A stretch of DNA of 32,000 nucleotides, taken from NCBI RefSeq assembly GCF_017315705.1, contig NZ_JAFLRF010000031.1, positions 1-32,000 of the forward strand, given 5' to 3'. The notes under the pieces are model-generated. The model saw only the letters and a program-made list of their open reading frames with translations. It had not been told where the DNA came from and ran no database searches. Every line of letters begins with the position of its first letter. Position 1 is the first letter of the stretch. This document shows, piece after piece, positions 16,212 to 24,241 of the stretch. The stretch is from Trinickia mobilis. Lineage in GTDB: Bacteria; Pseudomonadota; Gammaproteobacteria; Burkholderiales; Burkholderiaceae. The translations under genes and the position numbers were made by a program.

Positions 16212-17225
16212 ATGAAGAAGGAAACGCGCCAGGCATACGAGAAGTACGCCGCGCAAATCGCCAAGCTGAACGACACGGGCGACGTGTCGAAGAAGTTCGC
16301 TGTCGAGCCGACCGTGCAACAGCGGCTCGAAACCAAGATGCAGGAATCGAGCGCGTTCCTGAAGCGCATCAACGTGTTGCCCGTCACCGAGCTCGAAGGC
16401 GAGAAACTCGGCCTGTCGGTGTCCGGCCCGATCGCGAGTCGCACCGATACGACGAAGGCCGAGCGGCAACCGGTCGACCCGACTGGCCTCGACAGCAATA
16501 AGTACCGCTGCGAGAAAACCGACTACGACACGGCGATTCTGTACCGCAAGCTCGACGCATGGGCGAAGTTCCCCGACTTCCAGCAGCGCATCCGCGACGT
16601 GATCGTTACGCAGGCGGCGCTCGACCGGATCATGATCGGCTGGAACGGCGTGAAGGCTGCGCCGACGACAGACAAGGCGGCGAACCCATTGTTGCAGGAC
16701 GTCAACATCGGCTGGCTGCAGCAGTATCGCGACCGCGCAGCGCAGCGCGTGCTGCACGAGGGCGCGAAAGAAGCTGGCAAGGTGCTCGTCGGCAAGGCAG
16801 GCGATTACGAGAACCTCGACGCGCTCGTGATGGACATCGTGTCGTCGATGATCGACCCTTGGTTCCAGGAAGACACGGGCCTCGTCGCGATCTGCGGCCG
16901 CGAGCTGCTGCACGACAAGTATTTCCCGATCGTCAACACGACTCAGGCACCGACCGAGCAGCTCGCGGCCGACCTGATCGTCAGCCAAAAGCGCATCGGC
17001 AATCTGCCGGCCGTGCGCGTGCCGTTCTTCCCGAAGCGCGCGTTGATGGTGACGAAGCTCGAAAACCTGTCGATCTACTACCAGGAAAGCGCGCGCCGGC
17101 GCTCCCTGATCGACAACCCGAAACGCGACCAAATCGAGAACTACGAATCGTCGAACGACGCGTACGTCGTCGAAGACTTCGGCTGCGGCTGCGTTGCAGA
17201 AAACCTTGAGCTGGTGGCGGCATGA
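16212..17225 (+). CDS. N: major capsid protein (P2 gpN-like)
   Basis: 337 aa. ...GDVSKKFAVEPTVQQRLETKMQESSAFLKRINVLPVTELEGEKLGL aligns with the remembered P2 gpN N-terminus. Confidence 0.95.
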   Translation: MKKETRQAYEKYAAQIAKLNDTGDVSKKFAVEPTVQQRLETKMQESSAFLKRINVLPVTELEGEKLGLSVSGPIASRTDTTKAERQPVDPTGLDSNKYRCEKTDYDTAILYRKLDAWAKFPDFQQRIRDVIVTQAALDRIMIGWNGVKAAPTTDKAANPLLQDVNIGWLQQYRDRAAQRVLHEGAKEAGKVLVGKAGDYENLDALVMDIVSSMIDPWFQEDTGLVAICGRELLHDKYFPIVNTTQAPTEQLAADLIVSQKRIGNLPAVRVPFFPKRALMVTKLENLSIYYQESARRRSLIDNPKRDQIENYESSNDAYVVEDFGCGCVAENLELVAA

Positions 17226-17920
17226 CGATCAGCACGCCCGCCCGCGCCCACTTCGCTCGCGTGAGCGCCGCTCAGGCGGCGGCCGCGGCGACGCCTGGTC
17301 AAACGATGGCTGGAGCCACGCCCTACGAGCTGATGCTCGCCAAGCTCGCGGCCGACCGCCGCGCCCTGAAGGGCGTGCAGTCGGTCGCCCGAAAAGTCGA
17401 ACTGAAGCGGAAGTTGCTGCCGGAGTACGCCGACTACGTGGCGGGCGTGTTGAACGGCGGCCGCGGTGCGCAGGACGACGTGCTCGTCACGGTGATGGTC
17501 TGGCGCATCGATGCCGGCGACTTCGACGGCGCGCTCGCGATCGCCGCCTACGCGCTCGAACATGGCCTGTCCCTGCCCGACCAGTTCGAACGGTCGCTCG
17601 CATCGCTTGTCGCCGAACAGTTCGCCGACGCCGCGCTGTCGTCCTTCATGGACGGCGGCACGTTCGACGCGGCGAGCCTCGCACGCGTCGACACGCTGAC
17701 ACGCGACCAGGACATGCACGACCAGGTGCGCGCGAAGCTTTACAAGGCGCTCGGCTACGCGGTGCAGGAAGTCGATCCGCCGCGCGCCCTCGAATATCTG
17801 CGCCGAGCGCTGTCGTTGAACGACCGCGTCGGCGTGAAAAAGGACATCGACCGGCTCTCGAAGCTGATCGAAGCCACGGGCCGTGCGGGCGATAGCGCCG
17901 CCGGTACCGACGGCACGTAA
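17222..17920 (+). CDS. M: terminase small/endonuclease subunit (P2 gpM-like)
   Basis: MTISTPARAHFARVSAAQAAAA... resembles the P2 gpM start. ATGA overlap with N. Synteny. Confidence 0.9.
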   Translation: MTISTPARAHFARVSAAQAAAAATPGQTMAGATPYELMLAKLAADRRALKGVQSVARKVELKRKLLPEYADYVAGVLNGGRGAQDDVLVTVMVWRIDAGDFDGALAIAAYALEHGLSLPDQFERSLASLVAEQFADAALSSFMDGGTFDAASLARVDTLTRDQDMHDQVRAKLYKALGYAVQEVDPPRALEYLRRALSLNDRVGVKKDIDRLSKLIEATGRAGDSAAGTDGT

Positions 17921-18022
17921 GGAGCCCACCCCGGCATGGCGGCACCGGCGTTCATTCCCCACACCTGACGGCAACGGGATTCGAACGCCGGTCCACCGCC
18001 ACCTCTTCACCGCCTCGACACC

Positions 18023-18505
18023 ATGAGCAGCTTCATTGCGACCGCTGATCCGACCGTGCCGGCCTCGCCGGCCGACGCCGCGACCGTCACGAACGACGGC
18101 TGGTTTCCCGACATCGACCTGACCGACCTGCGCGATGCGATGCGGCTCGACGGCACGGTGACACAGGAGCGCCTGCGTCTGGCCGCCGTCGATGCGATCG
18201 CGAGCGTCAACAACGAGCTGCGGGCGTGGCAATCCGCCCAACGTGCGGCAGGCCGTGCGGCTTTGGCGAGCGTCCCGGCGCCACAGCTCGGCGGTGTAAG
18301 CACGCACGTGCTGCGCTACCGCCGCGCGGTCTACAACCTGACGCGCGCCGACCTGACCGAGCAGTACCGCGCCTATGACGCCACGAGATCTGGAGGCCAG
18401 CATGCCGAAGACCTCGAGGCGACGATCTGCGAGTCGCGCCGAAACGTCCGCTGGGCGCTGAACGATCTGCGCGGCATCGCGCGCTCGACGATCGAGCTGA
18501 TTTGA
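18023..18505 (+). CDS. L: head completion/stabilisation protein (P2 gpL-like)
   Basis: 160 aa. ...NDGWFPDIDLTDLRDAMRLDGTVTQERL...NNELRAWQ pattern as in gpL. Synteny. Confidence 0.85.
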   Translation: MSSFIATADPTVPASPADAATVTNDGWFPDIDLTDLRDAMRLDGTVTQERLRLAAVDAIASVNNELRAWQSAQRAAGRAALASVPAPQLGGVSTHVLRYRRAVYNLTRADLTEQYRAYDATRSGGQHAEDLEATICESRRNVRWALNDLRGIARSTIELI

Positions 18506-18507
18506 CC

Positions 18508-18714
18508 ATGATCGTCCGCGCACTTCAGGGTGACACCGTCGACGCGTTGTGCTGGCGTCACTACGGCCGCACCGACGGCACCGTCGAGGCGGTGCTGGAG
18601 GCGAACGCGGGCCTCGCCGACATGGGCGTCGTGCTGCCCGTCGGCACGCCCATCTACCTGCCGGCACTCGAGAACGTGACAAGCACGAAGCCGCTGCTGC
18701 AACTGTTTGACTGA
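18508..18714 (+). CDS. X: tail protein X (P2 gpX-like, LysM-like)
   Basis: MIVRALQGDTVDALCWRHYGRTDGTVEAVLEANAGLADMG... aligns with P2 gpX (..FALQGDTLDAICVRYYGRTEGVVETVLAANPGLAELG). The track start at 18502 is TTG; I prefer the ATG at 18508. Confidence 0.85.
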   Translation: MIVRALQGDTVDALCWRHYGRTDGTVEAVLEANAGLADMGVVLPVGTPIYLPALENVTSTKPLLQLFD

Positions 18715-18730
18715 CCTGGGAGCCGCCTAG

Positions 18731-19075
18731 ATGGCCGAACCGAACACCACCACCGCCGCGGCGCTGTCAGCCGCGATCGGCCTCGCGGCCCTCGCGCCCG
18801 GCATCGACGGCAATGCGCTGATCGGCGCCTTCACGGGCGCGGCACTCGTCGTCGTCACCTCGAGGGACATCGGCGTCGTTCGGCGCGCAGCCTACATGCT
18901 GATTTCGCTCGTGATGGGCTATCTCGCCGCACCCGAAATCGTCGACGCCACGCCGATCCACTCGACAGGCGTCGCGGCGTTCTTCGCGGCCGCGCTCGTG
19001 ATCACCGTGACGCTGCAGCTCATCGAGCGAATCAAATCGATCGACCTGCTCGCGTGGTTGAAGAAAGGGAGCTGA
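18731..19075 (+). CDS. holin-like membrane protein
   Basis: 114 aa, several hydrophobic helices, in the position of P2 Y (holin) between X and the endolysin. Confidence 0.6.
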   Translation: MAEPNTTTAAALSAAIGLAALAPGIDGNALIGAFTGAALVVVTSRDIGVVRRAAYMLISLVMGYLAAPEIVDATPIHSTGVAAFFAAALVITVTLQLIERIKSIDLLAWLKKGS

Positions 19076-19076
19076 C

Positions 19077-19343
19077 ATGCATGTCTCGTTCGCACTGATC
19101 GCGCTCGCCGCGCACCTCGCGGCACTCGTGCGCGTGCTCACCTACCAGAGAAACGGCGCGCGCCACCGCCGCCACGTGTCGTGGATCGCCTGGGCACTCG
19201 TCACCGTGATGGGCGGCTCGTCAATCGAGCTGGCGCTGCGCGCGCCGCGGGTCGATTTTTTTGAGGCGGCCACCGCAGTGTTGCTTGCCCTGTTCGTGTA
19301 CGGCGTGCGCGGCAACGTCGCGCGCCTTCTCCGGAGTGAATGA
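19077..19343 (+). CDS. second small lysis-cassette membrane protein (holin/antiholin-like)
   Basis: 88 aa, 2-3 hydrophobic helices with a basic loop (RNGARHRRH), immediately upstream of the endolysin. Confidence 0.55.
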   Translation: MHVSFALIALAAHLAALVRVLTYQRNGARHRRHVSWIAWALVTVMGGSSIELALRAPRVDFFEAATAVLLALFVYGVRGNVARLLRSE

Positions 19344-19346
19344 CTG

Positions 19347-20165
19347 ATGAAAACCCATCGCCTCGGCGACTACGGCGACGACGTCGGCCTGCTGCAGCGC
19401 CGGCTCGGCCGCGCGGGCTTCCCGCTCGACGTGACGCACCTCTACGACGACGCCACCGAAGCGACCGTCATCGCCTTCCAGCGGAGGACCGGCCTCGTCG
19501 ACGACGGGATCGCCGGCCCAAAGACCTACGCCGCGCTCGCCACCGGCCGACGCGATTCCAAGCACCTGAGTGCCGCCGACCTCGAGCTCGCCGCGCAAAC
19601 GCTCGGCGTTCCCGTGGCCTGCGTGCGCGCCGTGAACGAGGTCGAATCGCGCGGCTCGGGCTTTCTGCCGGACGGGCGCCCCGCCATCCTGTTCGAGCGG
19701 CACGTCTTCTGGAAGCGCCTGAAAGCGCGCGGCATCGATCCCGCGCCGCTCGCGGCGAAGTATCCGATCATCGTTTCGCAGACGCACGGCGGCTACCAGG
19801 GCGGCGCCGCCGAGTACACGCGGCTCGCCGCGGCCGAGCTGATCGACGCCAGCGCGACGTGGGAGTCGGCGAGCTGGGGCGCGTTTCAGGTGATGGGCTA
19901 CCACTGGGAGCGCCTCGGCTACGCGAGCGTCGACGACTTCGTCGCGCGCATGGAGAGCGGCGAAGTCGACCACCTCGACGCGTTCGTGCGGTACGTCGCG
20001 GCCGATACGGCGCTCGCCGCGGCACTCAAGGGGCGGAAGTGGGCCGCGTTCGCCAAGGGCTACAACGGCCCGGATTACGCGGCGAATCTCTACGACGTCA
20101 AGCTGGCGCGCGCGTATGACCGATACACCGCGCTCGCGACGGCAACCACGGCGGCCGTCGCATGA
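19347..20165 (+). CDS. endolysin: N-terminal peptidoglycan-binding domain + N-acetylmuramidase (DUF3380-type) domain
   Basis: The PG_binding_1-like region LQRRLGRAGFPLDVTHLYDDATEATVIAFQRRTGLVDDGIAGPKTYAAL is followed by VNEVESRGSGF...ILFERHVFWK...SWGAFQVMGYHW...GYNGPDY. Confidence 0.9.
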   Translation: MKTHRLGDYGDDVGLLQRRLGRAGFPLDVTHLYDDATEATVIAFQRRTGLVDDGIAGPKTYAALATGRRDSKHLSAADLELAAQTLGVPVACVRAVNEVESRGSGFLPDGRPAILFERHVFWKRLKARGIDPAPLAAKYPIIVSQTHGGYQGGAAEYTRLAAAELIDASATWESASWGAFQVMGYHWERLGYASVDDFVARMESGEVDHLDAFVRYVAADTALAAALKGRKWAAFAKGYNGPDYAANLYDVKLARAYDRYTALATATTAAVA

Positions 20166-20237
20166 AGGGGCTTGCTCCGAAGCTGATCGCAGCGCGCCAG
20201 GCGAAGGCTCAGCCGGCCGTTGCCGGAGAACGCATTC

Positions 20238-20687
20238 ATGATTAAGCCCGCCAGCCTGCGGCGTGCGCTCGTCGCCGCGATCCCGTCGCTCGAAGCGGAA
20301 CCCGACAAGCTGTCCGTGTTCATCGACCAGGGCTCGATCGCCGCGACCGGCACACGCTCGCTGTCATTCGAATACCGGTACATGGTGCACGCGCTCGTGT
20401 TGGATTTCGCGGGTGACGCCGACACCGTGTTCGTCGCCCTGGTCGAATGGGCGCGCGCGAATCAGCCCGACCTCGTGACGAACCCGGACGAGCGCGATCA
20501 CGGCATGACGTTCGAAGTCGACATCCTCAACCACGCGACGGCGGACCTGTCGATCAAGCTGCGGCTCACGGAAAGCGTTGCCGTTTCGATCGGGCCGGAC
20601 GGAACGCGCGTCATCGAGCATGTCGACGACACGCAGGTCGACGCAGCCAACACCCTGACGTGGGTAAGCCAACCGAGAGGGGCGTGA
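20238..20687 (+). CDS. R: tail completion protein R (P2 gpR-like)
   Basis: From the internal ATG at 20238, MIKPASLRRALVAAIPSLEAEPDKLSVFIDQGSIAATG...SLSFEYRY... aligns with P2 gpR (MLKPDSLRRALTDAV...RIFVDNGSIAST..SLSFEKRY). Confidence 0.85.
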   Translation: MIKPASLRRALVAAIPSLEAEPDKLSVFIDQGSIAATGTRSLSFEYRYMVHALVLDFAGDADTVFVALVEWARANQPDLVTNPDERDHGMTFEVDILNHATADLSIKLRLTESVAVSIGPDGTRVIEHVDDTQVDAANTLTWVSQPRGA

Positions 20688-20715
20688 AAGTCCAAAGAGC
20701 GCGGCGAAGCCGGGC

Positions 20716-21144
20716 TTAGCTTGCCATCGTCTTTACGCCGATGGAGATGAGTTCACGCACCGCCGTTTGTAGCAAATCTTTTGCTGAGCCCTTGGCGGCA
20801 TTCACCATGCGTTCGCCGAGAGGTTGCGGATTGTTGAGCGAGTCCGGCACGGCATTCAGCGCTTCGAGTCCCTTCGGCGTGAGAACGCAGTCGCTAAAGG
20901 CGTGCTGTGTCTCAGACCCAGAAATGTAACCGGCTGACCGCAGCCAGCTTACGGTGTGCATGAAGAAGCCCGCCTCGGGCGTCAATTCGGCTCCTGTGAA
21001 GCCTGTTGGATCGAGAACCGCACTCTCGCCACCGTCAATGAATTGTCCGGGCAACAGCGGGCGCGGTGTGGGGAACACTTCGTAGAGAGCGGCCAGTACC
21101 TGGCCTGCATAGTCGTTAAACCGTTCGATGTTGGAGAGTGTCAT
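20716..21144 (-). CDS. hypothetical protein (reverse-oriented cargo gene between R and S)
   Basis: ORF 20716..21159. Coherent codon structure with GC3 enrichment in a locally lower-GC segment. I prefer the ATG at 21144 (MTLSNIERFNDYAG...), which has GGACGGG upstream. No signal peptide, TM helix or motif I recognise. Confidence 0.6.
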   Translation of the reverse strand: MTLSNIERFNDYAGQVLAALYEVFPTPRPLLPGQFIDGGESAVLDPTGFTGAELTPEAGFFMHTVSWLRSAGYISGSETQHAFSDCVLTPKGLEALNAVPDSLNNPQPLGERMVNAAKGSAKDLLQTAVRELISIGVKTMAS

Positions 21145-21388
21145 GAGCAGCCCGTCCATGAAGGAAAGGACCGATCATATCCAAACCATTTCGACTGCCG
21201 TCCGATGGCAGGTTCGCCGGGACATGGACGCGGTGAGGGCGCGCTCCTTCTGGCTTGCGCTACTGGAAAAAGTGCCGTCCGACGTCGTTGCGGAGGCACT
21301 CGCGATGGCATTGGGGAGTGGATCGTATCAGGAAGTGCCGGTATGTCAGTGCTGCACTACCGGTTACGTTCGCTGCGCGCGCCGGTGA
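21143..21388 (+). CDS. possible small ORF upstream of S (hypothetical)
   Basis: The ATG at 21143 is preceded by GGAGAG (21133-21138). The ORF ends 8 nt before the S start. GC3 is about 70% by hand count. Its 5' end overlaps the divergent gene's 5' end. Could instead be non-coding promoter space. Confidence 0.3.
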   Translation: MSSPSMKERTDHIQTISTAVRWQVRRDMDAVRARSFWLALLEKVPSDVVAEALAMALGSGSYQEVPVCQCCTTGYVRCARR

Positions 21389-21395
21389 AGAATAT

Positions 21396-21893
21396 ATGGT
21401 GTCCCCAGTAACTGGCAGCGGGATGGAAGCCCTTGAAACGTGGGCCGGCTCGCTGCTTGCGCAGCTTTCGCCCGCCGGCCGCCGCGCGGCAATGCGGGAC
21501 ATCGCGCGCGAGCTGCGCCGCAGTCAGCAAACGCGCATCGTCGCGCAGAAGAATCCTGCCGACAGCGCATACGAGCCGCGCAAGGCGAAGGCTGGCGCGA
21601 AGAAGCTGCGCGACAAGCGCGGGCGGCTCAAGCGAACCGCGATGTTCATGAAGCTGCGCACGACGCGCTGGATGAAGATCGAAGCCACCGACAGGGAGCT
21701 GGCGATCGGCTTCGCGGGGCGCGTCGCCCGCATGGCGCGCGTGCATCAGTTTGGCGAGAAAGCCCTCGTCTCCTCAAGTGGGCCGGAATACCGCTATCCC
21801 GCGCGCGTGCTGCTCGGCTTGACGGACACTGAGCGCGAAATGGTCCGAGACCGGCTGCTGAGGCACGTCACGGAAATGATCGGACCGCAATGA
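21396..21893 (+). CDS. S: tail completion / virion morphogenesis protein S (P2 gpS-like)
   Basis: ...RDIARELRRSQQTRIVAQKNPADSAYEPRK...ARVHQFGEK...PARVLLGLTDTEREMVRDRLL fits the virion-morphogenesis family pattern. The first 47 codons of the track ORF (21255..) look non-coding. An alternative ATG lies at 21423. Confidence 0.85.
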   Translation: MVSPVTGSGMEALETWAGSLLAQLSPAGRRAAMRDIARELRRSQQTRIVAQKNPADSAYEPRKAKAGAKKLRDKRGRLKRTAMFMKLRTTRWMKIEATDRELAIGFAGRVARMARVHQFGEKALVSSSGPEYRYPARVLLGLTDTEREMVRDRLLRHVTEMIGPQ

Positions 21894-22099
21894 AATAGAG
21901 CCGTACGGCTATCTGCCGCTGCGGCTGTTCGACACGTAGGCAAGGGCCTTAGTCGGCCAGATCCGGCCGTCTGCGTACGCAACTGGGAGGACGTTCAAAC
22001 GACGATTCCACACGGACAGCAGACGCTCGCTCCGGCGATGACAGGCGTCGCTTAGTCGACTCGTCTGCGGCATTTGTTGGGGCGCGCCCGGAAATGGAA

Positions 22100-22118
22100 A
22101 GCCCGCGCAGGGCGGGCT
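22100..22118 (-). terminator. stem-loop, candidate terminator of the reverse cargo operon
   Basis: AGCCCGC-gcagg-GCGGGCT. On the minus strand it is followed by TTTCCATTTCC. About 80 nt downstream of the 22197 stop. Confidence 0.4.
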
Positions 22119-22196
22119 CGGTCAAGCTCAATAAAAAATCGGCAGCTGTTGAAACTGGCAGATGTAGCCGAAGAATTCATGTCGGCACTGAGCCGA

Positions 22197-22730
22197 CTAA
22201 TTGAACCAACCTGAAGCTTTCTTCACTTCGGCGGTGCCAGTGTCCTGCAAAAGCGTCTTCTGCCCTTGCGAAATATTCCGGTTGGCATCCGCCTTCGACT
22301 GAACTAGATCAGTCTCGGCCGTATCGCGCTTAAGCTGCTGATCGATCAGCTCATTTTCGCGGTTGACTTGCGTTTGTCGCGCCTGCAGTTCCAGCTTCTT
22401 TTGCTGCAGTTCAAGCTCTTTGAGTTGATCTTGATACGCCTCATCGTTTGCTTCGCGTGCTTGACGGGCCGCAGCAATACGATCCTGTCTCGCCTGCTCC
22501 CGTGCCCGAGCATCGGCTGCGGCACGAGCCTGTTGCGCGGCAGCGCGTTGTTGTGCGAGCTGTTGCTGTCGGTATTGTTCCTCTCTGGCAGCTTCCGCTT
22601 CAGCCTCTTGCTGTTTTTGTTGCGAAACCGCCGAGTTTACTGCGCCAATCTGATCGCTCAAATTTGTCTGGGCAAGCACTGCCGACGAGCCAAACAGCAA
22701 TGCGGCCCCTATGAATCTGAAATGGCGCAT
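22197..22730 (-). CDS. secreted or membrane-anchored coiled-coil protein, Gln/Ala/Arg/Glu-rich
   Basis: 177 aa. N-terminal hydrophobic signal/anchor MRHFRFIGAALLFGSSAVLAQ, then a long heptad-like charged helix (QQKQQEAEAEAAREEQYRQQQLAQQRAAAQQARAAADARAREQARQDRIAAARQARE...). Starts 3 nt after the lipoprotein stop. Low GC. Confidence 0.75.
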   Translation of the reverse strand: MRHFRFIGAALLFGSSAVLAQTNLSDQIGAVNSAVSQQKQQEAEAEAAREEQYRQQQLAQQRAAAQQARAAADARAREQARQDRIAAARQAREANDEAYQDQLKELELQQKKLELQARQTQVNRENELIDQQLKRDTAETDLVQSKADANRNISQGQKTLLQDTGTAEVKKASGWFN

Positions 22731-22733
22731 TTG

Positions 22734-23258
22734 TTACCCCTGTTTCTGTGCCGGAGGTGGGCAAACGGCATTGGGCTGTATGCGAGTCTCGTTTGGTCCG
22801 GACGATACGATGATTGCGGTACCGGGCTGAAATTGACAGAGCTGCCCAACTTGCGCCGAGTTATAAACCTTGCCTTCCTGCTTGTAAGCGATCGATACGC
22901 CGTCCACCAAGACAGTTCCCGGTACCAACGATCCTAGCGCTGCGCCTGCTACGCCACCGCCTGCGGCACCGAGCACAGTGTTTTGCTGGTGATAGTGGCC
23001 GACGTTTGCTCCAGCCACGCCGCCAGCTAGGGCCCCGAGTACGCCACCCGCAATTGCGGCCGCGCGCTGGTTCTGCGCGTTGCTGACTTGAACTTTTGCC
23101 GGCAGCACCGCCAGGATCTGGACGGTTGCAGCTTCCTGCCTGGTATTCACTTGTCCGGCGTTATAAACGTTAGCACCGTATTCCTGACCGGGGGTCTGGC
23201 ACCCCGCCAAACCAGCCATCAGTGCCACAACCCCGACTACCCCGATTGCTTTCTTCAT
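22734..23258 (-). CDS. outer-membrane-type lipoprotein with glycine-zipper segment (SlyB/17-kDa-antigen-like)
   Basis: Internal ATG at 23258 (RBS GGGGAA). MKKAIGVVGVVALMAGLAGC has a lipobox (LAGC). Glycine-zipper run AAIAGGVLGALAGGVAGANVG...GAAGGGVAGAALG. Confidence 0.8.
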   Translation of the reverse strand: MKKAIGVVGVVALMAGLAGCQTPGQEYGANVYNAGQVNTRQEAATVQILAVLPAKVQVSNAQNQRAAAIAGGVLGALAGGVAGANVGHYHQQNTVLGAAGGGVAGAALGSLVPGTVLVDGVSIAYKQEGKVYNSAQVGQLCQFQPGTAIIVSSGPNETRIQPNAVCPPPAQKQG

Positions 23259-23313
23259 TTTTGGTATTCCCCGTAAAAAATGTAATTTTTTGAAACCTTT
23301 TGTGAGTTTTTGT

Positions 23314-23342
23314 ATTCTCAGACAAAAAACACAACTTCGCAA
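23314..23342 (-). promoter_or_regulatory. sigma70-like promoter of the lipoprotein/coiled-coil operon
   Basis: On the minus strand, TTGCGA (23342-23337), 17 nt spacer, GAGAAT (23319-23314), within an AT-rich tract about 55 nt upstream of the ATG at 23258. Confidence 0.45.
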
Positions 23343-23403
23343 CGGCATCGATGCGCGCTTGGACTTTTAAAGCTGCCAACAACGAAGCGCTCGGTCGAAG
23401 GGC

Positions 23404-23434
23404 GGGAACGGGTCGGCAAGCGACCCTCGTTCCC
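23404..23434 (-). terminator. strong GC stem-loop downstream of the methyltransferase gene
   Basis: GGGAACGGGTCG-gcaag-CGACCC(tc)GTTCCC: 12 bp with a 2-nt bulge, 30 nt past the reconstructed MTase stop. No U-tract follows. Confidence 0.35.
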
Positions 23435-23463
23435 CCCGCAGATAGACGAAGAGCTTTTCTCGG

Positions 23464-24241
23464 TCAGGCGGCCTGAAGGGACGGCGTGTCAGCGCTGTGT
23501 AACCGCTCCGTTGCCACGCCGTAATACACATCGTTTGCTTCACACCCCACCCAGCGCAGCCCGGCATCTTTCGCAGCAACGAGGAACGTGCCCGATCCAG
23601 CGAATAGATCGCACACAACCCCGCCTTTCGGCACGAGCCGCACGACCTCGCGCGCCAGCTCGAGCGGCTTTTCGGTCAGGTGTTTCTTCGGCAGTTGCAG
23701 CGCGCATGGGAATTCCCCCCGGCAGGTAGATGTCGTTCGCTTTCACCGCCCCTTTGCTTGCCCATACGATGAATTCGGCCTGCTGCTTGAAGCCGCCGCG
23801 GCGCGGCCGTGCGCGGCTCGGCGTTTTATCCCATACAGCGATCCCGCGCTGAATGAAGCCGGCCGCCTGAATCACGTCAGTCAGCGTTGGCAACTGTCGC
23901 CAGTCGATGAAGCACACCAGTAGCCCACCTGGTTTCAACGCCCGACGTCCTTCGGCCAGCCACGCGTGACACCAGAACGCCCACGAGCGCTGGTCCATGT
24001 TGTCCGACTCGAAATCCTCATACACCGTCTTCGTGTTGGTATTGATGTATTTCTGCATCGTCGACTGCGCGCGCGTGCTGGCGTGCAGCCCACCCGATGA
24101 GTATGGGGGATCAGTAAAGAGCATGTCGATCGATTGATCGGGCAGCGTCCGAGCGAATTGCAGCGCGTCGGTGCGATGCAGACGATTGAGCAATGGCGCG
24201 ATGTCGGGCGATGGCGAGTTCGGGCGAGTCCTATCGGTCAT
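23464..24241 (-). pseudogene. N6-adenine/N4-cytosine DNA methyltransferase (DPPY, beta-class order), interrupted by a frameshift in a G6 tract
   Basis: The N-terminal frame (track ORF 23540..24241) carries motif IV MLFTDPPYSSGG. After the G6/C6 run at 23715-23720, the motifs continue in another frame (own translation): ...KKHLTEKPLELAREVVRLVPKGGVVCDLFAGSGTFLVAAKDAGLRWVGCEANDVYYGVATERL..., ending at TGA 23466-23464. Removing one G restores a 258-aa ORF. Confidence 0.85.

Noticed and set aside
22368-22937. 189-aa plus-strand ORF antisense to the coiled-coil gene
   Set aside because: It is the mirror image of a low-complexity Gln/Ala/Glu repeat (it translates to Leu/Phe/Cys-rich junk). The minus-strand gene has a signal peptide, coupling to the lipoprotein gene and a promoter.
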